A stretch of DNA of 7,446 bases. Source: a virus. Its lineage: Duplodnaviria; Heunggongvirae; Uroviricota; Caudoviricetes. Location of the stretch: the IMG/VR virus record IMGVR_UViG_2675903278_000006. One strand, 5' to 3'. Numbering within the stretch: the stretch's first letter is position 1; every line of letters begins with the position of its first letter. Shown one piece after another: positions 1 through 6,210 of the stretch. A program made the position numbers and the translations under genes. The notes beneath the pieces were generated by a model that worked only from the letters and a program-made list of their open reading frames with translations, had not been told where the DNA came from and did not search any database.

Positions 1-240
1 AATCGTGTTGAGGCCAACGCCCATAATGCGGGCAGTTGCCCGGCATCCAACGCCATTCATGGCCATATCAATGATTTTCTGGTGCGTACCGGGTTGAGAA
101 GCGGTGTAAGTGAACTGCAGTTGCCATGTTTTACGGCAGTGAGAGCAGAGATAGCGCTGATGTCCGGCGGTGCTTTTGCCGTTACGCACCACCCCGTCAG
201 TAGCTGAACAGGAGGGACAGCTGATAGAAACAGAAGCCAC
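1..240 (-). CDS. insA: IS1 InsA, N-terminal 80 codons (3' end outside window); GTG start at 238-240
   Basis: Manual - strand translation from 240 down to 1 gives [80 protein letters not shown]. This matches the InsA sequence as I recall it, including the C-x2-C...C-x2-C zinc finger and the helix-turn-helix segment. It is absent from the ORF track because the frame has no stop inside the window. Confidence 0.88.
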   Translation of the reverse strand, partial: MASVSISCPSCSATDGVVRNGKSTAGHQRYLCSHCRKTWQLQFTYTASQPGTHQKIIDMAMNGVGCRATARIMGVGLNTI

Positions 241-272
241 TGGAGCACCTCAAAAACACCATCATACACTAA

Positions 273-295
273 ATCAGTAAGTTGGCAGCATCACC
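273..295. repeat. IS1 terminal inverted repeat (IRL); outermost IS1 base at 295
   Basis: The + strand 273-295 is ATCAGTAAGTTGGCAGCATCACC, the reverse complement of the IS1 end GGTGATGCTGCCAACTTACTGAT. Prophage-type sequence begins at 296. Confidence 0.8.
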
Positions 296-776
296 TAAAA
301 CGTCTACTCCTGCTGTTCCAGAATAACTTCATAAAATGGGAGTATTTTTCGGTGACGAGATAATAAGAACAGTTTGCGCTATCACTCTGATGTTGAATGA
401 TGCCCTTCCGTTCTAATTTTTTCATAACCGGGTTACGGCAAGGAGAAGTGATAATAAGATTTCCTGTTTTAAGGAAATCTTTAAATACAGCGATTTCTTT
501 CTCAGATAAACGAAGCAATACTCGTTGCTCTGGTAGTAATGAATAATGCTTTTGAATATGTGCTCGCAATCTTGAGAAGGAAATGGCGACCACGAAAGAA
601 AAGGCAAAAACGATAATCTGAAAGAGCCAAGGCATTTCAGTATAAGCATTGAATGCGACAGTAAACTCTTTCGGTATCAGCCAGAGAGTGAGACCAAAAA
701 TGATAATCGTATACATAAGTCTTTCGAGTGGCTCGTTAGCAAAAAGTTTCAACAATGGAGTAAATACATCCAACAT
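291..776 (-). CDS. sieB: SieB superinfection-exclusion protein (161 codons); last codon and stop codon contributed by the IS1 terminus
   Basis: The - strand frame from ATG (rc of 774-776) reads MLDVFTPLLKLFANEPLERLMYTIIIFGLTLWLIPKEF...WLFQIIVFAFSFVVAISF..., with two hydrophobic segments typical of SieB. A weak SD-like GAGAG lies about 10 nt upstream. The stop TGA (rc of 291-293) is inside the IS1 end and the final Arg codon (294-296) spans the junction. An in-frame open extension up to GTG at 1086-1088 exists but is not favoured. Confidence 0.6.
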   Translation of the reverse strand: MLDVFTPLLKLFANEPLERLMYTIIIFGLTLWLIPKEFTVAFNAYTEMPWLFQIIVFAFSFVVAISFSRLRAHIQKHYSLLPEQRVLLRLSEKEIAVFKDFLKTGNLIITSPCRNPVMKKLERKGIIQHQSDSANCSYYLVTEKYSHFMKLFWNSRSRRFR

Positions 777-1216
777 ATCAATAACTCTCAACTGTAAGGG
801 TATTGAAATGTTAACACAAGCTCTCGCTGTAGGGGTATAGCCGAGACCACCGAAGCCCGGAGGTGGTGAAATAAAACCGGGCACAACACGAAGGCGCATT
901 TCCGATATCCATAAAGAGTCGGTCTTGTCTGTTAAATTTAAATGGTGGAGTGCGCCTCCGGTTGTAAATAACGACATTGCTGTGTGTAGTCCTGGCGGCA
1001 TCAGTTTTTTTCTTGAAGTTCGGCTGATGTCCGCCCTTTTTAAAGTGAATTTTGTGATGCGGTGAATGCGGCTAAGCGCACGTGGCACAGTTAAAAGTCA
1101 TGTTAGTCCTTATTGGTTTGGGTGGGAAAGCCGACTGTAATTGTTAACTGGTTGCAGTCACCTGGAGGCACCAGGCACCGCATCAACAAAGTTCATTTGT
1201 AAAAATGGAGATAATT
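777..1216. promoter_or_regulatory. Divergent sieB / kilR intergenic control region (promoters not resolved)
   Basis: A 440-bp gap separates the divergent sieB and kilR starts. One candidate sigma70-like pair on + is TTGGTT (1113-1118), 17 bp, TGTAAT (1136-1141). A tandem heptamer AGGCACCAGGCACC sits at 1166-1179. None of this is verifiable from sequence alone. Confidence 0.3.
994..1041 (+). terminator. Candidate intrinsic terminator upstream of kilR (GC-rich stem, large loop, T5 tract)
   Basis: GGCGGCATCAG (994-1004) pairs with CTGATGTCCGCC (1024-1035), giving an 11-bp stem with a 1-nt bulge and a 19-nt loop, followed immediately by CTTTTT (1036-1041). The large loop lowers confidence. Confidence 0.3.
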
Positions 1217-1438
1217 ATGATTGCACATCACTTCGGAACTGATGAAATACCACGTCAGTGTGTGACTCCTGGCGATTATGTTCTTCATGAAGGCCGGACA
1301 TATATTGCCTCGGCAAACAATATTAAAAAGCGAAAACTATATATTCGTAACCTGACCACAAAAACATGCATTACTGACCGCATGATTAAAGTCTTCCTCG
1401 GTCGTGATGGTTTACCTGTAAAGGCGGAGTCATGGTGA
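1217..1438 (+). CDS. kilR: KilR, prophage killing protein reported to inhibit cell division (73 aa)
   Basis: Translation [73 protein letters not shown] matches KilR as I recall it. GGAG at 1206-1209 lies 7 nt before ATG 1217. The ORF-track start at 1205 has no SD. Confidence 0.85.
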   Translation: MIAHHFGTDEIPRQCVTPGDYVLHEGRTYIASANNIKKRKLYIRNLTTKTCITDRMIKVFLGRDGLPVKAESW

Positions 1439-1608
1439 TGACTAAGAAAATAAAATGTGCTTACCACCTTTGCAAAAAAGACGTTGAAGAAAGCAAAGCT
1501 ATTGAAAGAATGCTTCACTTCATGCACGGGATTTTATCAAAAGACGAACCGAGAAAATATTGCAGTGAAGCTTGTGCCGAAAAAGACCAGATGGCACATG
1601 AACTTTAA
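1438..1608 (+). CDS. ydaE: YdaE, small 4-Cys zinc-ribbon-like protein (56 aa), function unknown
   Basis: Not in the ORF track. ATG 1438-1440 overlaps the kilR stop (TGATG). Translation is [56 protein letters not shown] with stop TAA at 1606-1608, and Cys pairs C-x4-C and C-x3-C. An in-frame ATG at 1432 is an alternative start. Confidence 0.75.
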   Translation: MTKKIKCAYHLCKKDVEESKAIERMLHFMHGILSKDEPRKYCSEACAEKDQMAHEL

Positions 1609-1682
1609 TTAATTGACTATTCGAAACTGAATTTATGCCAGAAATGGCAGGTATTCGCTCAACCTTAATTAAGGAGAAAAAC

Positions 1683-1958
1683 ATGATTACCAATTATGAA
1701 GCCACTGTTGTAACTACCGATGACATTGTTCACGAGGTGAATCTGGAAGGAAAGCGCATTGGCTACGTAATTAAAACAGAAAATAAAGAAACCCCATTCA
1801 CTGTGGTTGATATCGATGGTCCATCAGGCAACGTAAAAACACTTGATGAAGGTGTCAAAAAAATGTGCCTGGTGCATATCGGAAAGAATCTGCCCGCAGA
1901 AAAAAAAGCCGAATTTCTGGCAACTCTAATTGCAATGAAATTAAAAGGTGAAATCTGA
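1683..1958 (+). CDS. racC: RacC (91 aa), function unknown
   Basis: Translation MITNYEATVVTTDDIVHEVNLEGKRIGYVIKTENKETPFTVVDIDGPSGNVKTLDEGVKKMCLVHIGKNLPAEKKAEFLATLIAMKLKGEI. A strong SD AAGGAG (1671-1676) lies 6 nt before ATG 1683. The ORF-track start at 1635 lacks an SD. Confidence 0.85.
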   Translation: MITNYEATVVTTDDIVHEVNLEGKRIGYVIKTENKETPFTVVDIDGPSGNVKTLDEGVKKMCLVHIGKNLPAEKKAEFLATLIAMKLKGEI

Positions 1959-1963
1959 AAGAA

Positions 1964-1988
1964 ATAGCCTGCGTATGGCGCAGGCTAT
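1964..1988. repeat. 10-bp perfect inverted repeat (stem-loop) in the racC-recE spacer
   Basis: ATAGCCTGCG (1964-1973) and CGCAGGCTAT (1979-1988) are exact reverse complements with a 5-nt spacer TATGG. On the - strand the stem is followed by TTCTTTCAGATTT, which is terminator-like. On the + strand it is not followed by a T tract. Confidence 0.4.
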
Positions 1989-2059
1989 GAACAGTGTGTA
2001 TCCGGCAAGATCATTCACTGAACAAAACGAATTTTAATCTGAGTTGAGGTTAAAAAACA

Positions 2060-4660
2060 ATGAGCACAAAACCACTCTTCCTGTTACGGAAAGCGAAAAA
2101 ATCATCCGGTGAACCTGACGTCGTCCTGTGGGCAAGCAACGATTTTGAATCGACCTGTGCCACTCTGGACTACCTGATCGTTAAGTCAGGTAAAAAACTG
2201 AGCAGCTATTTTAAAGCTGTTGCCACGAATTTTCCTGTCGTTAATGACCTGCCCGCTGAAGGTGAGATCGATTTTACCTGGAGTGAACGCTATCAACTCA
2301 GCAAAGACTCCATGACATGGGAACTAAAACCGGGAGCAGCACCAGACAACGCTCACTATCAAGGCAATACCAACGTCAACGGCGAAGACATGACTGAGAT
2401 TGAGGAGAATATGCTACTCCCAATTTCTGGCCAGGAACTGCCCATTCGTTGGCTTGCTCAACACGGCAGCGAAAAACCGGTAACGCACGTTTCACGCGAC
2501 GGACTCCAGGCATTACACATTGCTCGGGCTGAAGAACTACCGGCTGTTACTGCCCTGGCTGTTTCCCACAAAACCAGCCTGCTCGACCCGCTGGAAATTC
2601 GCGAACTCCACAAACTGGTTCGTGACACTGACAAAGTTTTCCCTAATCCTGGTAATTCAAACCTGGGACTGATAACTGCTTTTTTCGAAGCATACCTGAA
2701 CGCTGACTACACCGATCGAGGACTGCTGACAAAAGAGTGGATGAAGGGTAATCGTGTTTCACACATCACTCGCACGGCTTCCGGTGCTAATGCTGGCGGC
2801 GGAAACCTCACCGATCGCGGCGAAGGTTTCGTACACGATCTGACGTCACTGGCGCGCGACGTAGCCACTGGCGTACTGGCCCGTTCAATGGATCTGGACA
2901 TCTATAACCTTCATCCGGCACACGCTAAACGCATTGAGGAAATTATCGCTGAAAATAAACCGCCCTTTTCTGTTTTCCGCGACAAATTCATCACCATGCC
3001 TGGCGGGCTGGATTATTCCCGCGCCATCGTGGTTGCGTCCGTAAAAGAAGCACCAATTGGGATCGAGGTCATCCCCGCGCACGTCACTGAATATCTGAAC
3101 AAAGTACTGACTGAAACCGATCATGCCAACCCTGATCCGGAAATCGTGGATATTGCCTGCGGTCGCTCCTCTGCCCCGATGCCGCAGCGAGTAACAGAAG
3201 AAGGAAAACAGGATGATGAAGAAAAACCGCAACCATCTGGAACAACGGCAGTTGAACAGGGAGAGGCTGAAACAATGGAACCGGACGCAACTGAACATCA
3301 TCAGGACACGCAGCCGCTGGATGCTCAGTCACAGGTAAATTCTGTTGATGCGAAATATCAGGAACTGCGGGCAGAACTCCATGAAGCCCGGAAAAACATT
3401 CCATCAAAAAATCCTGTCGATGCCGATAAATTGCTTGCTGCATCACGTGGTGAATTTGTTGACGGAATTAGCGACCCGAACGATCCGAAATGGGTAAAGG
3501 GGATCCAGACTCGCGATTGTGTGTACCAGAACCAGCCAGAAACGGAAAAAACCAGCCCAGATATGAATCAACCTGAGCCAGTAGTGCAACAGGAACCGGA
3601 AATAGCCTGCAATGCCTGCGGCCAGACTGGCGGGGATAACTGCCCTGACTGTGGTGCGGTGATGGGCGACGCAACATACCAGGAAACATTCGCTGAAGAG
3701 AGTCAGGTTGAAGCTAAGGAAAATGATCCGGAGGAAATGGAAGGCGCTGAACATCCGCACAATGAGAATGCTGGCAGCGATCCGCATCGCGATTGCAGTG
3801 ATGAAACTGGCGAAGTCGCAGATCCCGTAATCGTAGAAGACATAGAGCCAGGTATTTATTACGGAATTTCGAATGAGAATTACCACGCGGGTCCCGGTAT
3901 CAGTAAGTCTCAGCTCGATGACATTGCTGATACTCCGGCACTATATTTGTGGCGTAAAAATGCCCCCGTGGACACCACAAAGACAAAAACGCTCGATTTA
4001 GGAACTGCTTTCCACTGCCGGGTACTTGAACCGGAAGAATTCAGTAACCGCTTTATCGTAGCACCTGAATTTAACCGCCGTACAAACGCCGGAAAAGAAG
4101 AAGAGAAAGCGTTTCTGATGGAATGCGCAAGCACAGGAAAAACGGTTATCACTGCGGAAGAAGGCCGGAAACTTGAACTCATGTATCAAAGCGTTATGGC
4201 TTTGCCGCTGGGGCAATGGCTTGTTGAAAGCGCCGGACACGCTGAATCATCAATTTACTGGGAAGATCCTGAAACAGGAATTTTGTGTCGGTGCCGTCCG
4301 GACAAAATTATCCCTGAATTTCACTGGATCATGGACGTGAAAACTACGGCGGATATTCAACGATTCAAAACCGCTTATTACGACTACCGCTATCACGTTC
4401 AGGATGCATTCTACAGTGACGGTTATGAAGCACAGTTTGGAGTGCAGCCAACTTTCGTTTTTCTGGTTGCCAGCACAACTATTGAATGCGGACGTTATCC
4501 GGTTGAAATTTTCATGATGGGCGAAGAAGCAAAACTGGCAGGTCAACAGGAATATCACCGCAATCTGCGAACCCTGTCTGACTGCCTGAATACCGATGAA
4601 TGGCCAGCTATTAAGACATTATCACTGCCCCGCTGGGCTAAGGAATATGCAAATGACTAA
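2060..4660 (+). CDS. recE: RecE, exonuclease VIII (866 aa), 5'-3' dsDNA exonuclease with a C-terminal PD-(D/E)XK nuclease domain
   Basis: An 866-codon ORF with SD GAGG about 10 nt upstream. The C-terminal segment [18 protein letters not shown] places Asp at codon 748 (4301-4303), Asp at 759 (4334-4336) and Lys at 761 (4340-4342), matching the RecE catalytic triad as I recall it. The stop TAA (4658-4660) overlaps the recT start. Confidence 0.95.
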   Translation: MSTKPLFLLRKAKKSSGEPDVVLWASNDFESTCATLDYLIVKSGKKLSSYFKAVATNFPVVNDLPAEGEIDFTWSERYQLSKDSMTWELKPGAAPDNAHYQGNTNVNGEDMTEIEENMLLPISGQELPIRWLAQHGSEKPVTHVSRDGLQALHIARAEELPAVTALAVSHKTSLLDPLEIRELHKLVRDTDKVFPNPGNSNLGLITAFFEAYLNADYTDRGLLTKEWMKGNRVSHITRTASGANAGGGNLTDRGEGFVHDLTSLARDVATGVLARSMDLDIYNLHPAHAKRIEEIIAENKPPFSVFRDKFITMPGGLDYSRAIVVASVKEAPIGIEVIPAHVTEYLNKVLTETDHANPDPEIVDIACGRSSAPMPQRVTEEGKQDDEEKPQPSGTTAVEQGEAETMEPDATEHHQDTQPLDAQSQVNSVDAKYQELRAELHEARKNIPSKNPVDADKLLAASRGEFVDGISDPNDPKWVKGIQTRDCVYQNQPETEKTSPDMNQPEPVVQQEPEIACNACGQTGGDNCPDCGAVMGDATYQETFAEESQVEAKENDPEEMEGAEHPHNENAGSDPHRDCSDETGEVADPVIVEDIEPGIYYGISNENYHAGPGISKSQLDDIADTPALYLWRKNAPVDTTKTKTLDLGTAFHCRVLEPEEFSNRFIVAPEFNRRTNAGKEEEKAFLMECASTGKTVITAEEGRKLELMYQSVMALPLGQWLVESAGHAESSIYWEDPETGILCRCRPDKIIPEFHWIMDVKTTADIQRFKTAYYDYRYHVQDAFYSDGYEAQFGVQPTFVFLVASTTIECGRYPVEIFMMGEEAKLAGQQEYHRNLRTLSDCLNTDEWPAIKTLSLPRWAKEYAND

Positions 4661-5462
4661 GCAACCACCAATCGCAAAAGCCGATCTGCAAAAAACTCAG
4701 GGAAACCGTGCACCAGCAGCAGTTAAAAATAGCGACGTGATTAGTTTTATTAACCAGCCATCAATGAAAGAGCAACTGGCAGCAGCTCTTCCACGCCATA
4801 TGACGGCTGAACGTATGATCCGTATCGCCACCACAGAAATTCGTAAAGTTCCGGCGTTAGGAAACTGTGACACTATGAGTTTTGTCAGTGCGATCGTACA
4901 GTGTTCACAGCTCGGACTTGAGCCAGGTAGCGCCCTCGGTCATGCATATTTACTGCCTTTTGGTAATAAAAACGAAAAGAGCGGTAAAAAGAACGTTCAG
5001 CTAATCATTGGCTATCGCGGCATGATTGATCTGGCTCGCCGTTCTGGTCAAATCGCCAGCCTGTCAGCCCGTGTTGTCCGTGAAGGTGACGAGTTTAGCT
5101 TCGAATTTGGCCTTGATGAAAAGTTAATACACCGCCCGGGAGAAAACGAAGATGCCCCGGTTACCCACGTCTATGCTGTCGCAAGACTGAAAGACGGAGG
5201 TACTCAGTTTGAAGTTATGACGCGCAAACAGATTGAGCTGGTGCGCAGCCTGAGTAAAGCTGGTAATAACGGGCCGTGGGTAACTCACTGGGAAGAAATG
5301 GCAAAGAAAACGGCTATTCGTCGCCTGTTCAAATATTTGCCCGTATCAATTGAGATCCAGCGTGCAGTATCAATGGATGAAAAGGAACCACTGACAATCG
5401 ATCCTGCAGATTCCTCTGTATTAACCGGGGAATACAGTGTAATCGATAATTCAGAGGAATAA
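4653..5462 (+). CDS. recT: RecT, single-strand annealing protein (RecT/Red-beta family, 269 aa)
   Basis: Translation from ATG 4653 is [35 protein letters not shown]...[17 protein letters not shown] (4640-4644) lies 8 nt upstream. ATGACTAA gives an 8-nt overlap with recE. The ORF-track start at 4596 is an in-frame extension inside recE. Confidence 0.95.
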   Translation: MTKQPPIAKADLQKTQGNRAPAAVKNSDVISFINQPSMKEQLAAALPRHMTAERMIRIATTEIRKVPALGNCDTMSFVSAIVQCSQLGLEPGSALGHAYLLPFGNKNEKSGKKNVQLIIGYRGMIDLARRSGQIASLSARVVREGDEFSFEFGLDEKLIHRPGENEDAPVTHVYAVARLKDGGTQFEVMTRKQIELVRSLSKAGNNGPWVTHWEEMAKKTAIRRLFKYLPVSIEIQRAVSMDEKEPLTIDPADSSVLTGEYSVIDNSEE

Positions 5463-5469
5463 TTCAGCC

Positions 5470-5506
5470 TGGCGGTGTAATGCACCGCCAACTTGAAATA
5501 TTTTTT
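5470..5506 (+). terminator. Weak terminator/attenuator candidate between recT and ralR
   Basis: TGGCGGTG (5470-5477) pairs with CACCGCCA (5483-5490) around a 5-nt loop. A T6 run (5501-5506) follows, but only after a 10-nt spacer, so this is atypical for an intrinsic terminator. Confidence 0.25.
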
Positions 5507-5518
5507 ATGAGAAAAATT

Positions 5519-5713
5519 ATGAGATATGACAATGTTAAACCATGTCCATTTTGTGGTTGTCCATCAGTAACGGTGAAAGCCATTTCAGGATATTACCGAG
5601 CGAAGTGTAACGGATGCGAATCCCGAACCGGTTATGGTGGAAGTGAAAAAGAAGCACTCGAAAGATGGAATAAACGAACCACTGGAAATAATAATGGAGG
5701 TGTTCATGTATAA
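5519..5713 (+). CDS. ralR: RalR (Lar) restriction-alleviation protein, also reported as a DNase toxin (64 aa)
   Basis: Translation MRYDNVKPCPFCGCPSVTVKAISGYYRAKCNGCESRTGYGGSEKEALERWNKRTTGNNNGGVHV has two C-x2-C pairs. The start was chosen to give the 64-aa protein I recall. The SD is weak, and in-frame ATGs at 5507 and 5480 are alternatives. Confidence 0.8.
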   Translation: MRYDNVKPCPFCGCPSVTVKAISGYYRAKCNGCESRTGYGGSEKEALERWNKRTTGNNNGGVHV

Positions 5714-5915
5714 AATTACCGCCACTATTGAAAAGGAAGGTGGCACTCCTACTAACTGGACAAGATATTCAAAATCTAAACTAACGAAATCAGAATGCGA
5801 AAAAATGCTCTCAGGTAAAAAAGAAGCAGGCGTTTCCAGAGAGCAGAAAGTAAAACTGATAAATTTTAATTGCGAGAAACTTCAGTCCTCGAGAATTGCA
5901 TTGTATTCAAATTAA
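5706..5915 (+). CDS. ydaC: YdaC (69 aa), function unknown
   Basis: Translation MYKITATIEKEGGTPTNWTRYSKSKLTKSECEKMLSGKKEAGVSREQKVKLINFNCEKLQSSRIALYSN. GGAGG (5696-5700) lies 5 nt before ATG 5706. The gene overlaps the ralR 3' end by 8 nt. The ORF-track start at 5634 is an extension. Confidence 0.7.
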   Translation: MYKITATIEKEGGTPTNWTRYSKSKLTKSECEKMLSGKKEAGVSREQKVKLINFNCEKLQSSRIALYSN

Positions 5916-5926
5916 AACTTCATAGC

Positions 5927-5942
5927 TGATTATTAATAATCA
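5927..5942. promoter_or_regulatory. 16-bp perfect AT-rich palindrome TGATTATTAATAATCA upstream of xisR-intR
   Basis: The sequence at 5927-5942 equals its own reverse complement. It lies in the 78-bp ydaC-xisR spacer, about 50 bp before the xisR start. Confidence 0.3.
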
Positions 5943-5993
5943 ACATCGGGCGTCAATTTCAGTCTAACATTGGCGCCTGCCAGAGGTGATGCG

Positions 5994-6209
5994 ATGGCAC
6001 AAGTAATCTTTAATGAAGAGTGGATGGTTGAATACGGCCTGATGCTTCGCACTGGTCTGGGGGCCAGACAAATTGAAGCATACCGCCAGAACTGTTGGGT
6101 GGAGGGCTTCCACTTCAAACGAGTATCTCCTTTAGGTAAGCCAGACAGCAAACGAGGGATTATCTGGTACAACTATCCAAAGATAAATCAGTTTATCAAA
6201 GACTCATGA
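5994..6209 (+). CDS. xisR: XisR (YdaQ), putative excisionase (71 aa)
   Basis: Translation [79 protein letters not shown] (5983-5988) lies 5 nt before ATG 5994. The ORF-track start at 5970 is TTG. The gene sits immediately upstream of the integrase. Confidence 0.8.
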   Translation: MAQVIFNEEWMVEYGLMLRTGLGARQIEAYRQNCWVEGFHFKRVSPLGKPDSKRGIIWYNYPKINQFIKDS

Positions 6210-6210
6210 T

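Larger units (their letters stand above)
1..295 (-). mobile_element. IS1 insertion sequence, left end only (element continues beyond window position 1)
   Basis: The reverse complement of 237-295 reads GGTGATGCTGCCAACTTACTGATTTAGTGTATGATGGTGTTTTTGAGGTGCTCCAGTGG, which I recognise as the IS1 left terminus and leader. The downstream - strand frame encodes the IS1 InsA N-terminus. IS1 is about 768 bp, so only the terminal ~295 bp are in the window. Confidence 0.9.

Noticed and set aside
1-207. Open + strand frame running in from the left edge to TGA at 205-207
   Set aside because: It is antisense to IS1 insA, has no in-frame ATG until 15 codons before the stop, and has no SD. It is not the ydaF/ydaG-type small ORF I first suspected.
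57-269. ORF-track - strand ORF of 70 aa
   Set aside because: It lies inside IS1 in a different frame from insA, starts with GTG (rc of 267-269) and has no recognisable protein character. The real coding frame here is insA (1-240, -).
422-840. ORF-track ORFs 422-649 (-) and 649-840 (+)
   Set aside because: Both overlap sieB in alternative or antisense frames, with low-complexity translations and no SD.
1285-1527. ORF-track - strand ORF of 80 aa
   Set aside because: It is antisense to kilR and ydaE, which are strongly supported by SD-backed starts and recognisable products.
2707-4558. Eight ORF-track - strand ORFs inside recE (2707-2901, 2885-3301, 3084-3446, 3443-3886, 3468-3689, 3910-4182, 3998-4240, 4250-4558)
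   Set aside because: All are antisense to the 866-codon recE frame. Their Phe/Leu/Arg/Cys-rich translations are what the antisense of an acidic, GAA-rich coding region produces.
5285-5491. ORF-track - strand ORF of 68 aa
   Set aside because: It is antisense to the 3' end of recT and runs into the recT-ralR hairpin, with no support.
1205-5993. Longer 5' extensions given by the ORF track for kilR (1205), racC (1635), recT (4596), ralR (5480), ydaC (5634) and xisR (5970)
   Set aside because: The internal ATGs at 1217, 1683, 4653, 5706 and 5994 each have a properly spaced SD, and the extensions lack one or begin with TTG. The ralR start at 5519 rests on the recalled protein length rather than a strong SD and is less certain.
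5933-6172. ORF-track - strand ORF of 79 aa
   Set aside because: It is antisense to xisR and begins inside the 16-bp palindrome. xisR on the + strand has a good SD and a recognisable product.
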